A DNA stretch of 59,926 nucleotides from a virus, in IMG/VR virus record IMGVR_UViG_3300045988_082950, positions 1 through 59,926 of that record; one strand, written 5' to 3'. This document shows positions 33,043 through 42,343 of this stretch, one piece after another. The translations under genes were made by a program, and so were the position numbers. Position 1 is the first letter of the stretch, and every line of letters starts with the position of its first letter. A model generated the notes under the pieces. It ran no database searches, had not been told where the DNA came from, and saw nothing but the letters and a program-made list of their open reading frames with translations.

Positions 33043-33618
33043 TTAGTTACCTCCTACATAGTGTGATAAAATATCATTGTTCTGTTTCTGACCGCCGTAT
33101 AACTTTTCAACAAGTTTTTCAGCAGTAGTCTTATTTTCATTTTCTTTGCCAGCAGTACCGCCGCCTGGATTAGTAGAATTGTTTGCAATCTCCTGTTCTT
33201 TTGCCTGTGCCGCCGCAGTTTCTTTGTCAGAAATAATTTTTCCAAGAGCATCATAATCCATAGTGCCGTCATCCTTAATAATCTGTGCCGCCTGTTCAGC
33301 ACTTACATTAAATTTGGTAGTGGCATTACTGCGCTGTGTTGCAATTGCCTGCGCCTTTTCAAGTTCTGCAATTCTTGCATTCGCTTTTTCAAGGTTTTTA
33401 TTTGCCTGCTCAACTTCTGAAAGATTTCCAGCTTCCAATTCATCCAGCTTTTTCTGCAATTCATCCACATTATCAGCCTTTGCCTTATACTGGTCTGCCT
33501 TATCTTTCTCCTTTTTGGTTTCGCCATTGACCTGATTTAGATAATTGCTTACCTGTTCGTCTGTAGGTTCTGCCACTCCGATAGCAATAAGATTCTGTTT
33601 TGCTTGTTCTCTTGTCAT
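33043..33618 (-). CDS. capsid scaffolding protein (GP20-like)
   Basis: Highly charged coiled coil (KKLDELEAGNLSEVEQANKNLEKANARIAELEKAQ), between portal and capsid. Confidence 0.7.
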   Translation of the reverse strand: MTREQAKQNLIAIGVAEPTDEQVSNYLNQVNGETKKEKDKADQYKAKADNVDELQKKLDELEAGNLSEVEQANKNLEKANARIAELEKAQAIATQRSNATTKFNVSAEQAAQIIKDDGTMDYDALGKIISDKETAAAQAKEQEIANNSTNPGGGTAGKENENKTTAEKLVEKLYGGQKQNNDILSHYVGGN

Positions 33619-33722
33619 AAATTACCTCCGATTCACTACGCTTTTTTACGTTGGTTGCTCAACTTGTGATTTCTCCTATTTACCGCATAGGTGCAATTTT
33701 ATAAAATAAAAACAACTACCGA

Positions 33723-35159
33723 TTATTCCTCGGTAGTTGCCTTATTCTGCTGATTGTTCAATTTTTCCATAACTTCCTGTGCTTTCTTTTCTTCTGCTTC
33801 GACATTATCAATGGTTTTCCATAATACATCAAAGTACGGTTTAGAAACTAAATAAGTTTTTTCCGCATCTCCCCAAAGTCCAACTGTTTTTACAGCAACA
33901 AGTGGGTGTATGCCTGCCTGTAATAACTGATATAAGGTCTGTGCCTTAGTGTACATGTTATCCTGTGGGCTATGGTTTATTTGCACTTCAAAATCCCTCA
34001 TAGAAAGACCTAAATCATGGTCTTTTATGCGGATAACGTTTAAAACCAGCTTTGCAAGGCGTTTTTCTGCCGATTTTACAAGAGGGTCTTTTAGCTTCGC
34101 TCTGGATTTTGAAAAATCCCATCCGTTTCTAAGTTGCACCGCCCCTTGTGTATCGCCGCCTGTATTGCTCTGTTTATTTGGAATTGCCAAAATAGATAAG
34201 GCATTATCAATCAAATCTTCTTTAGCAACTTGACATTGCGTCTGGTTCAATTCCTGCGTCATAACATCAACATCACTCTTGTTATCCTTGTTAATGGATT
34301 TTACTACAAGAGCGTGGTTTATTTTCATTTTTTTAAATTCTTCTTCGTCAATCTCACAATTTACGAATTTTATCCACGCCTGCACAAATTGCTCTATGCC
34401 GTCCATTCTGTTAGACTGCATATTGTTCACAGCGTCCATTATATCTATTACCAATTCGATATCTGATAATCTGGATGGGTTATTTGGGTATTCCACGATA
34501 GGAATACTTCCAAAAGCGTGTACTTTCCAGTCCTGCACATTGCTATTTACAATCTTGCATTCATAGGAATCTGTGTAGCATTGTTTATACCAGTTTCCCT
34601 CAATATCTTTCAATTCCTGCACTGCAAGAATCGGCTCTCTCGTTGAGCGGTTGTAAATAACAAAAGTATTCATAGGGCTAGGTGCTACAATTCTGAACGG
34701 TATATCTCCATTAGCAAACTGTACAGCTTTAAATGATGTTCCAGTTGCCGACTGCCACTCTCCAGCTTCTATATCTTTTTCCTGCTTATTAGCATCCACC
34801 AGATAATCATTTAATTCATCAACTGCATTGTTGATTCTGTCATCATCTTTACGGCTGATATACTGGACAGGCTCGCCATATGTCTGACCGACCTTAAACT
34901 GTACCCATTCATAAGCATGGTTCTCGCAAATTTTATTGATAATATCCTCGTTGGATATTTTTACACGGTATCTGATAGGCTGGTCACCTTTGTAATAATT
35001 CCAAAGGTACTCTATAGCCATTTTGTTAAAGTAAAAGGCTCCAATGCACTGACCAATGACTTTTACAATGTTGTCTTGTGTAATAGTCTCAACATCTGTA
35101 TATGCAATTTTTCGACCATAACATCCCTTGACCAGCTCTTGAAAAGTCCTGTTGTTCAT
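33723..35159 (-). CDS. portal protein
   Basis: 478 aa. AAGGAG lies 5 nt upstream. Lies downstream of the terminase large subunit. Confidence 0.8.
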   Translation of the reverse strand: MNNRTFQELVKGCYGRKIAYTDVETITQDNIVKVIGQCIGAFYFNKMAIEYLWNYYKGDQPIRYRVKISNEDIINKICENHAYEWVQFKVGQTYGEPVQYISRKDDDRINNAVDELNDYLVDANKQEKDIEAGEWQSATGTSFKAVQFANGDIPFRIVAPSPMNTFVIYNRSTREPILAVQELKDIEGNWYKQCYTDSYECKIVNSNVQDWKVHAFGSIPIVEYPNNPSRLSDIELVIDIMDAVNNMQSNRMDGIEQFVQAWIKFVNCEIDEEEFKKMKINHALVVKSINKDNKSDVDVMTQELNQTQCQVAKEDLIDNALSILAIPNKQSNTGGDTQGAVQLRNGWDFSKSRAKLKDPLVKSAEKRLAKLVLNVIRIKDHDLGLSMRDFEVQINHSPQDNMYTKAQTLYQLLQAGIHPLVAVKTVGLWGDAEKTYLVSKPYFDVLWKTIDNVEAEEKKAQEVMEKLNNQQNKATTEE

Positions 35160-35168
35160 TGCTTCTCC

Positions 35169-35363
35169 TTATACAAAACAAACGCCGCTAGAAGTGGCTC
35201 TTTGTGGTAATCTCTTTGTTTCTGTCTCTCCTGTGTCATAGTGGTATATGATTCTCTTTTCACATTTGCGGCACTTACAGATTGTATTTGTCTGTGACCG
35301 CATATCATGCCTGCCTACCGTTCTATGACATATAGGGCAGTATATTGTTTTTGATTCTGTCAA
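35169..35363 (-). CDS. small zinc-ribbon protein
   Basis: CPICH...CKCRKCEK. TTG start follows AAGGGGGA. Confidence 0.55.
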   Translation of the reverse strand: MTESKTIYCPICHRTVGRHDMRSQTNTICKCRKCEKRIIYHYDTGETETKRLPQRATSSGVCFV

Positions 35364-35385
35364 AATAAATCCCCCTTTTATGCAT

Positions 35386-35413
35386 TAAAAAAGCACCGTC
35401 ATAAAGACGATGC
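35386..35413 (-). terminator. rho-independent terminator
   Basis: On the minus strand: GCATCGTC-TTTAT-GACGGTGC followed by TTTTTT. Confidence 0.6.
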
Positions 35414-35500
35414 CTTTTGAGAGAGGTGTGAAAACTTATTGATTTGGTCTTTAACCATTTTAATAATACCACGCTGTATATAGGACATTCTAGGACAACA

Positions 35501-35935
35501 TCATAATCCAATATACTGTTCACCGTATTTTTTTTCAAATTCCTTTAATGCCATGCCGTGAAGCCTTGTAATATTGCGAAAAGAATAGTTCATTTCTGTT
35601 GCTATTACTTCAAAAGTCTTTTTTTCAATATATCTGGCAAACAGAATATTATATACATTTTCATCATCCATACTGTCAATTTGACTTATGATTACATTTT
35701 TCTTTTCAACGTAACCGTCTATCATTCTATCCAGTTCTTTTTCCATTTCATCTATTTTAGAAAATGTAACTCCCATTCTGTCTGGGTCGGGGGAAGTTTT
35801 TACACGTTCATCATTCTGTATAGCAGTAACATTGCACGCCATTTCCCTTAATTGCTGTATTTCCACCAGCTTATTATTAATCATCCTGTTAAGTCTGCTT
35901 ATTTGATTCAGATACTCTCTTGTCTGCATACTCAA
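35501..35935 (-). CDS. sigma-70 region-4-like HTH protein (DUF1492/ArpU-like regulator)
   Basis: C-terminal NILFARYIEKKTFEVIATEMNYSFRNITRLHGMALKEFEK is a region-4-type HTH. Confidence 0.55.
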   Translation of the reverse strand: MSMQTREYLNQISRLNRMINNKLVEIQQLREMACNVTAIQNDERVKTSPDPDRMGVTFSKIDEMEKELDRMIDGYVEKKNVIISQIDSMDDENVYNILFARYIEKKTFEVIATEMNYSFRNITRLHGMALKEFEKKYGEQYIGL

Positions 35936-37713
35936 TACCTCCTAAATGGGTTGTGGACTGCTTCGGCTTTTGCTGATACTCCTGTACGCATTTCATTTTC
36001 AAATAATGCTAAAGAGTCTGGTGCATCATCATGTTTTACTTTTCCGCTACGTGTCATAGTGGTAAGTTCTTTCATGAATTTGTAATACTGACTTTGCCTG
36101 TCCATTTTCTTAAAATCTCTGAAATAATAATCACGTATGATATTATCTCTAGCGTTTTCCATTCTGGTTATCTTGTTAGCACAGTTGAATTTATATCTTG
36201 CGCTGCATCTGCCACCCTGCTTATTTACAATCTCCATTACATCACGACCAAAGTATTCTCCTGCGCTGTTGCTCTCAAATGTAACTGTTTTGACATTGTG
36301 CTTAATCAGCATGTTTGCACATTCTGGCTTGGTAAACTGTGTTCCGGCATTATCAAACACTACATCTACGATATAAACCTCGTTGCCGTACACATAGCCA
36401 ATCGGCATTGAGCAGCTATCTTCTCCCTTATCTGCACTATCACAAGCCGCCATAATTGCATCTGGTTCTCGATCAACAGGAAGTTCCTCAAAATAATTAA
36501 GCTCATTCTCCGCAAACATTCGCCCTTTTGCTTCAAATGGTTCTTGTTGAAACTCTGCCGCCCAGGTTTCCTCTGACACAAGTTTTCGCTCTTTGCGATA
36601 GTAGTCAGTAGTAAAGATTTTTCGTAAACCTTTCTTGTCTTTTCTGTAAATCTCCCAATTACTCTCATCGGTTATCGGGTCTAATGCTGGAACTGCGACT
36701 TCTCTCCAACGCCAGCCCAGTTCATCAGCCTTATTTTGTAATGCTGTAATCGGGTCATACAGACTGTATTTTGTACCTTGGATAATAATAGGTGTACCCT
36801 CTAATCTACGTCCAAGAACATCATCCGTAACCTTTTCACAAAGGAACTCCAGGCGGTCACGATTCCTTGCTTCTTCGTGGTTTTTTACGCAGTCATCAAT
36901 GTATACAAGAACATTAGCTTCTGTACATCCTACAATGGCACCGTCTATAGGTCTACAAGTGAATGTCGGGAATATATTTTTCTTTTTAAGGTCAATTGAA
37001 AGATTTTCAGCACTCTTGTAATTTTCCCCTATCTTCGTCGCTTCTGGAAATACGCTTAAAAATCGTTGATAAGTACTTTCTGTCTCAAATCCCTGCAGCA
37101 AGCCACCATAGAATCTTTTAACAAGTCCTTCTCCTTTACCAACGCCAAATATACTGCCATCCGGGTCACGACCGCCCATCATCATAGCAAGTCTCAATCC
37201 GCCTGTAGTTTTTCCAGTACGTTTAGGCTGTGATACAGACAGAAAATCAAGTTTACCGTCATATATTTCTTGGTAAGCACCTACAACTGGCTGTAATACT
37301 TTCTTTCTCGGAAAATAAAATCTCTTGTATGGGTCTTTTTCGTCAATCTCAATATATCGGAAAAAGCTGTCTACCAGATATGCGGATTCCAGTCTTAATA
37401 CCTCATAGTAGTTATTTAAGACTAAAAATTCGGCGTTATTATCTCCGCAGTATATCTCTAAATCGTCAATATGACCGCCGCCTGTGCTTTCCGCAACTAT
37501 GCTGTCTATTAATTTCTTTGTTTTTTTTGAAATTTCCAGTGAGAATGGTATGTCTTTGTCATTATACATACCCCACTGTGCAGAATTGACATAGGCATTT
37601 ATTACTTCTTCGGATTCCCCATTTTTAACAATGTTATGGATTCCTTTTCGCTCTATGTAATTGTCATTACCTTTTAACTGGTTGATTAAATCCTTACTTG
37701 CCAAAAAAGACAC
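35932..37713 (-). CDS. terL: terminase large subunit
   Basis: 593 aa. P-loop SQPKRTGKTT, acidic nuclease-type C-terminal half, upstream of the portal. Start is GTG 37713 or TTG 37704. Confidence 0.85.
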   Translation of the reverse strand: MSFLASKDLINQLKGNDNYIERKGIHNIVKNGESEEVINAYVNSAQWGMYNDKDIPFSLEISKKTKKLIDSIVAESTGGGHIDDLEIYCGDNNAEFLVLNNYYEVLRLESAYLVDSFFRYIEIDEKDPYKRFYFPRKKVLQPVVGAYQEIYDGKLDFLSVSQPKRTGKTTGGLRLAMMMGGRDPDGSIFGVGKGEGLVKRFYGGLLQGFETESTYQRFLSVFPEATKIGENYKSAENLSIDLKKKNIFPTFTCRPIDGAIVGCTEANVLVYIDDCVKNHEEARNRDRLEFLCEKVTDDVLGRRLEGTPIIIQGTKYSLYDPITALQNKADELGWRWREVAVPALDPITDESNWEIYRKDKKGLRKIFTTDYYRKERKLVSEETWAAEFQQEPFEAKGRMFAENELNYFEELPVDREPDAIMAACDSADKGEDSCSMPIGYVYGNEVYIVDVVFDNAGTQFTKPECANMLIKHNVKTVTFESNSAGEYFGRDVMEIVNKQGGRCSARYKFNCANKITRMENARDNIIRDYYFRDFKKMDRQSQYYKFMKELTTMTRSGKVKHDDAPDSLALFENEMRTGVSAKAEAVHNPFRRY

Positions 37714-37793
37714 CTCCGCATAGCAGAAGTGCCTTGACCTCTGCCTATAATTTTTCTAGGTTGGCGCCATAAATCACTTATATGGCGGTTAAT

Positions 37794-38243
37794 TTAATTT
37801 TGTTCCCATTTTCTATTATGCTTCTTAACCACGTCTATAATCTCTCGAAACATTTGTTTGTATTCTTCTTTGTCTTGGAATTTTATCACAGCTGAAACCT
37901 TCCAGTATTCCGTAGAGTCTTTTTCATTACGCCTTGTCACTTTCGTCAGATTGTTCAGAGTAATTGCAATTAGCGTAATTACGCACTCATATGCTTTTCC
38001 TCTGTTATTAACTGTCCTTAATTCCGGCTTTCCTTCAAACAACTTTATTAACTCTGTTATTTCTTCTTTGAGAAAGCTCTCGGTTCTTTTAGCAGAAACA
38101 TCATCAATTATTTTCTTATACTGCTTTTGGCTAACTCCCAATTCTTTTAAGAATTGTTCAATTTGCTCATTGCTAAAGTTTTCAATCATATTTTGTTCTC
38201 CCATTTCAATCTTTAACTTTCTAAAATTAGCGACTAACTCCAT
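37794..38243 (-). CDS. hypothetical protein (possible small terminase by position only)
   Basis: 149 aa, immediately upstream of terL. Confidence 0.4.
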   Translation of the reverse strand: MELVANFRKLKIEMGEQNMIENFSNEQIEQFLKELGVSQKQYKKIIDDVSAKRTESFLKEEITELIKLFEGKPELRTVNNRGKAYECVITLIAITLNNLTKVTRRNEKDSTEYWKVSAVIKFQDKEEYKQMFREIIDVVKKHNRKWEQN

Positions 38244-38262
38244 TTGTTAGCCGGTAAAATTT

Positions 38263-38667
38263 TTATTTTCCAATTCTTACAGTTCCTAAGTATTCAACAT
38301 TATCTTTTGAAGTATAGACAATGACTTTATCGCCATGAACCATATTAGGTTTTTCTGTGACTTCGATTTTGTTCTCATTTTCTACAAAAATAAATTCAAC
38401 GCTTCCCTTGTAGGTTATCAGTCGTCCATTTATGCAAACTGTAATTATCTCATAGTTGTAAGCGGGGGTACATGAAGCTGTACTTTGATATCTAACATAA
38501 ATTTCACTTTGTATCTCTTCTATTTCACATTCGTATTTTTCGGTTTTATTAGCCCAATTTAAAAATAATATCAGTGCAACAATGCTAACAACAATAACAA
38601 TAATGGAAATAATGGTTTTAAAAATTTTTTTCATAAAATCTCTTTTCCGCTGATAATCAGCAATCAA
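38263..38667 (-). CDS. hypothetical membrane-anchored protein
   Basis: TM IFKTIISIIVIVVSIVALILFL. The start may be ATG 38634. Confidence 0.6.
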   Translation of the reverse strand: MIADYQRKRDFMKKIFKTIISIIVIVVSIVALILFLNWANKTEKYECEIEEIQSEIYVRYQSTASCTPAYNYEIITVCINGRLITYKGSVEFIFVENENKIEVTEKPNMVHGDKVIVYTSKDNVEYLGTVRIGK

Positions 38668-38855
38668 ACATTTACTAATTTATCTGCATACCTTACCATT
38701 TCAATTCGTGTTCCGTTTTCGTCTCTTGTACTAATACAAACATACTTGTCATCATGGCTTATCATATCTGTAAGTCTAATTTCTGTTTCATCATCTTTAA
38801 AATTGTAGCATTTTCGCATTTCTTCAATGCAATTGTTCATTTCTGATATTTTCAT
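38664..38855 (-). CDS. hypothetical protein
   Basis: Track ORF. Confidence 0.55.
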   Translation of the reverse strand: MKISEMNNCIEEMRKCYNFKDDETEIRLTDMISHDDKYVCISTRDENGTRIEMVRYADKLVNV

Positions 38856-38867
38856 AATCTCGCCCCC

Positions 38868-39332
38868 TCAACAATTTATTTTTATACCTTCTGTCAATAT
38901 AGCGGTTTTATCCTCATCCAGAATTGCATTTCCGTTTTCATCCGTTTTATTCCATCGTGCATCAACTTTAATCATTGGACTTTGGTTTGAATGACCGATA
39001 AAATGCAACTCCATGTCCATGCAGTTTACTTTTTTACCGTCAATAAACACTTGCGCAGTTTCGCCATTTGATTTTATCATAATTTTCTCTTCTGCCGACT
39101 CAAATGGTTCACATTTATACATAGATTTCCAAGAATCTTCATACCACCTATCCATCTCTCCAATAACGGAATTTGCATAATATGTAGGCTTGCTCATAGT
39201 TTTTGTTCGACTGCATAATACATCTTGATAATTTTCAATGATAAATTCACAATCATAGCCATTGTATCCATAATCTTTATAAAACCGATAAAACGATTTC
39301 AGGTTTTTAATAAATTTAATCAGTGTTTTCAT
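38868..39332 (-). CDS. hypothetical protein
   Basis: Track ORF. Confidence 0.6.
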   Translation of the reverse strand: MKTLIKFIKNLKSFYRFYKDYGYNGYDCEFIIENYQDVLCSRTKTMSKPTYYANSVIGEMDRWYEDSWKSMYKCEPFESAEEKIMIKSNGETAQVFIDGKKVNCMDMELHFIGHSNQSPMIKVDARWNKTDENGNAILDEDKTAILTEGIKINC

Positions 39333-39564
39333 TCCTCATAAACTCCTCAAAATCTTCCATACACTTAGGGCATAAATCATATGTTCTTTCAAGAAATTCG
39401 TATCTTCGAACATTCTTGATCTCCAGACATATCTCATTGCCTTCGAAAATAGGAACTATGTCTCCATAACTTCCGATTGGCTTAAATTTAACTTCTTTCC
39501 TAGATTTAGGTATTATCTCTTTCCCGCACCTGTCGCAAGTGCGCCATTCTTTTTGATGTTTCAT
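39316..39564 (-). CDS. hypothetical zinc-ribbon protein
   Basis: CDRCGKE...CPKC. Start at ATG 39564. Confidence 0.55.
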   Translation of the reverse strand: MKHQKEWRTCDRCGKEIIPKSRKEVKFKPIGSYGDIVPIFEGNEICLEIKNVRRYEFLERTYDLCPKCMEDFEEFMRNENTD

Positions 39565-39578
39565 TCTTCCACCGCCTT

Positions 39579-39926
39579 TTAAACTAATCCTAGCATACAT
39601 AAAATATCAAGTCCTGTTATTCTCTCTGCACCCTCTCTTGTGTGCATAAGAATATCTTTAAGTTTTTCATTTTCTGCATTGCTGTATTTATTTCTATCAT
39701 ACGCTCCCGAAAAACAATAATATTTGCAATATCCGTAGCCTACCCCAAGTCTGTTTCCGTGAATGCTCTTTCCTACAATATCATAATATTTTGGTACTTT
39801 TAAAATATCGTATTTTTCATCTAGGGTGCATTCCTTTTGTTCTGCTTTTAACTTTGATTGAAGATATTTTAAAAAACTAACAATATCTTTTTCTGATTTG
39901 GAAATGTATAAAATAGTTTCTTTCAT
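39579..39926 (-). CDS. hypothetical protein
   Basis: Track ORF 39579-39944. ATG 39926 follows GGGAGAG. Confidence 0.55.
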   Translation of the reverse strand: MKETILYISKSEKDIVSFLKYLQSKLKAEQKECTLDEKYDILKVPKYYDIVGKSIHGNRLGVGYGYCKYYCFSGAYDRNKYSNAENEKLKDILMHTREGAERITGLDILCMLGLV

Positions 39927-39930
39927 TCTC

Positions 39931-40161
39931 TCAATCTCTCCCAAACACTCTTTTCAAAATCCTGTTATCCTCTTTACTGTTCGCATGGATAACAGGCTCA
40001 TCACCTAATGTCGTGCAATCAATTATTTCTTCATTTCTGCCTATCGTAACCGTTCCTAGTTGATTAAGTTTTGAAACGTCAATGTTTTCTTTTGAGCCTT
40101 TTATTGGATCTATGTCAATACTTTGGACACAAAAAGTTGAACTTTTCTCCCAGCATAACAT
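39931..40161 (-). CDS. hypothetical protein; start codon abuts the IS end
   Basis: Track ORF. The IS terminus lies 1-2 nt upstream of the ATG and no SD is left. Confidence 0.45.
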   Translation of the reverse strand: MLCWEKSSTFCVQSIDIDPIKGSKENIDVSKLNQLGTVTIGRNEEIIDCTTLGDEPVIHANSKEDNRILKRVFGRD

Positions 40162-40180
40162 ATGCCGAGAGAATTATTTC

Positions 40181-41041
40181 TTAGGCTGCTAGAGCCTCAT
40201 CTTCAACCTGTTGTGGTGTCTTGTAATCAAGAGCACTATGGCGCCTTTTTCGGTTGTAGAATGACTCTATATATTCAAAGAGTGCTGATTTAGCCTCCTC
40301 AAATGTGTAATATGTAGTTGTGTATACTTCTTCCTTTTTTAATACAGAATGGAAGGATTCGATGCAGGCATTATCATAGGGGTTACCCTTCCTGCTGAAT
40401 GAATGTAACATTCCCTGATCCTGTAAGTATTTCTCGAATTCTTCACTGGTATACTGGCTTCCTAGATCACTATGAAGCACTATTCCCGTTGTATCAGGGA
40501 TACTAAGGCATGCATTCTTTACAGCCTGTGTGGCAAGCTCAGCTGTTATATTTTTACCATATGTCCATCCTATGATTTTGCGATCATATAAGTCCATTAC
40601 GGATGCAAGATAAGTCCATCCTTCATTTACTACATGGATATATGTGATATCAGTTACAAGCTTTTTAAATACTGTATCAGCACTAAAATCACGATTAAGG
40701 ATATTTTCTTTATCATCAGGAACTGTACCCTGATTCTTTTGGTATTGATACTTTTTAACAACAATGCTTTTAATTTCAAGCTTTTTCATATGACGTTGAA
40801 CACGTTTTACTGAGCAGGGGATATTTCTATCATTAAGTTCTCTATGGATCTTAATTGCCCCGTAACGTTTCTTAAATTCGTTATATATTGATAATACTTC
40901 ATCGCTGAATTCCTTATATTCCTGTTCTCTTTTTGAAGGAACATGATTTAATGCAGCATAGTAAGTGCTTCTAGGGAATTTAAGTGCAGAGCACATCTGT
41001 TTTACAGTATACTTGTCTAAGTTAGCTTGAATAAAGGACAC
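40181..41041 (-). CDS. IS3-family transposase OrfB (DDE/rve integrase core)
   Basis: ..WTYLASVMDLYDRKIIGW..HSDLGSQYTS..GNPYDNACIESFHSVLKKE.. is the classical IS3/IS150 DDE region. Confidence 0.9.
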   Translation of the reverse strand: MSFIQANLDKYTVKQMCSALKFPRSTYYAALNHVPSKREQEYKEFSDEVLSIYNEFKKRYGAIKIHRELNDRNIPCSVKRVQRHMKKLEIKSIVVKKYQYQKNQGTVPDDKENILNRDFSADTVFKKLVTDITYIHVVNEGWTYLASVMDLYDRKIIGWTYGKNITAELATQAVKNACLSIPDTTGIVLHSDLGSQYTSEEFEKYLQDQGMLHSFSRKGNPYDNACIESFHSVLKKEEVYTTTYYTFEEAKSALFEYIESFYNRKRRHSALDYKTPQQVEDEALAA

Positions 41042-41049
41042 GTATTCAG

Positions 41050-41328
41050 TTATTGATTTTTTGCGAATATGGCAGTAGCTTTTTTTAATATTTCATTCTC
41101 AATTTCAAGGTCTTTCATTTTTTTCTGAAGAGCCTTGTATTCCTTTAAAGAAATAGTCTCTTCCTCTGTAATAATTGCTGGAGCAAGATTTTTAATCCAT
41201 GTAGAGACTGTGCCTTTTGGTATGCCATATTCGTTGCTTAATTCAGTTACACCTTTACCAGCTTTACAATGCAGATCAACAATCTGCTGTTTAAACTCTG
41301 GGATGTATGATTTTTGATTTTTAGCCAT
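41050..41328 (-). CDS. IS3-family transposase OrfA (HTH)
   Basis: YIPEFKQQIVDLHCKAGKGVTELSNEYGIPKGTVSTWIKN with a leucine-zipper-like tail. Confidence 0.9.
   Translation of the reverse strand: MAKNQKSYIPEFKQQIVDLHCKAGKGVTELSNEYGIPKGTVSTWIKNLAPAIITEEETISLKEYKALQKKMKDLEIENEILKKATAIFAKNQ
41080..41086 (-). other. A AAA AAA -1 frameshift site producing the OrfAB transposase
   Basis: TTA AAA AAA GCT in the orfA frame. The -1 frame reads KKSYCHIRKKSITEYVSFIQANLDK, i.e. directly into orfB. Confidence 0.75.
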
Positions 41329-41464
41329 TGTGTTGAACTCCTTTTTCTATAAGTATAGCTTGTTCAACATTTCGTGTCTATGCTTATATTCTAGCACCAT
41401 TTCCATTTAACCATTATTCTTCCAACTTTCTACCGCAGATAGGGCAATTACTTGAATTACCGAT

Positions 41465-41534
41465 AGTGGCAAGGTGGAGTCGAACCACCGCATAGAAAAC
41501 CTCTGCCCTGCTCTGCCTTTTAAGCTATTGCCAC
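41465..41534 (-). tRNA. tRNA-like element / probable tRNA pseudogene (aberrant anticodon arm)
   Basis: Perfect 7-bp acceptor stem (GTGGCAA/TTGCCAC), D-arm GCTT..GAGC and T-arm GGTGG-TTCGACT-CCACC. Only 19 nt lie between the D and T arms, with no canonical anticodon stem-loop (best GCAGA-GGTTTTC-TATGC). Confidence 0.45.
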
Positions 41535-41747
41535 TAAGTAAAGGGGAATCCGACTGTAACGGTCATATCTGCGTAAGCTATGGTTCGGGTTTTCACCAAG
41601 CGGTCAAGTGTTGTGGGATTTCACTCGACCGATACCAGCCGGACGGTCTCTCACTGTCCTAACTGGTGTAGAGGAGATTACATACCTATCTCGGAAGAAA
41701 AGGTAAATGGTGTGTGCGTCCTGTCCAAAATGCTAAAAACAGGACAG

Positions 41748-41832
41748 CGGCAACGGTAGGTGTCGAACCTACTCAGCATTTCTGCCCTAACTGTTTAGCA
41801 AACAGCCCTCTTTACCGATTGAGTACGTTACC
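41748..41832 (-). tRNA. tRNA-Ser (anticodon GCT), class II with long variable arm
   Basis: Hand-folded: acceptor GGTAACG/CGTTGCC, anticodon arm GCTGT-TTGCTAA-ACAGT, 17-nt variable arm, T-arm GTAGG-TTCGACA-CCTAC. No encoded CCA. Confidence 0.8.
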
Positions 41833-42023
41833 TAACCTTGTTTTATAAAAAGTAGCCTTGCATGAATTATCAAGAAATGAAATTCTATTGAAAAATTCTT
41901 TTCTTTGTATACCATGTTATCTATAAAAATCCGAATTGTAGGTATAATCACTATTTCATTTTTGAAAATACAAAAATCTTTTCTTTCTAACCGATACATA
42001 ACAAGTCTACCTTTCTGCCAGTT

Positions 42024-42206
42024 CTATGTATTTCCCGAGATACCATCATTTTCTCTCTTATCCCTGTGTTCAAATTGGCATTCCAACATCTTTGATATGT
42101 TCTGTCGGTCACATTTAATGCCGTGCCCCTGTCGGAACAATTCGCATTCTAAGACTTGACCGCATCTGGAACACTCGTCTGTGATTTGCTTGCCGAATAT
42201 TAACAT
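42024..42206 (-). CDS. hypothetical small Cys-containing protein
   Basis: Track ORF. Weak support. Confidence 0.35.
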   Translation of the reverse strand: MLIFGKQITDECSRCGQVLECELFRQGHGIKCDRQNISKMLECQFEHRDKRENDGISGNT

Positions 42207-42343
42207 GGCTATGACTCCTTACCTGATTTGTAAATAATTGTTATTAAAATCCGATTTTATATCATAAAGTATTAAATATTTTATCTATTGGGTTGTTATT
42301 GTTTTTCACAAGCAAATATTCCTCTATTGGTAGTACAGTCCCG

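Larger units (their letters stand above)
40163..41438 (-). mobile_element. IS3-family insertion sequence (orfA/orfB with -1 frameshift); ends approximate
   Basis: Transposase pair as below. Candidate imperfect terminal repeats are TGCCGAGAGAATTAT (40163-) and the reverse complement of 41437 (TGCGGTAGAAAGTTG). A possible ATA target duplication lies at 40160-62 and 41439-41. Confidence 0.75.

Noticed and set aside
35323-35538. 71-aa minus-strand track ORF
   Set aside because: It overlaps the ends of both neighbours and spans a clear rho-independent terminator (35386-35413). The interval is better read as terminator plus promoter/RBS for 35169-35363.
41474-41662. 62-aa plus-strand ORF
   Set aside because: It lies across the tRNA-like element and structured spacer, and has no RBS.
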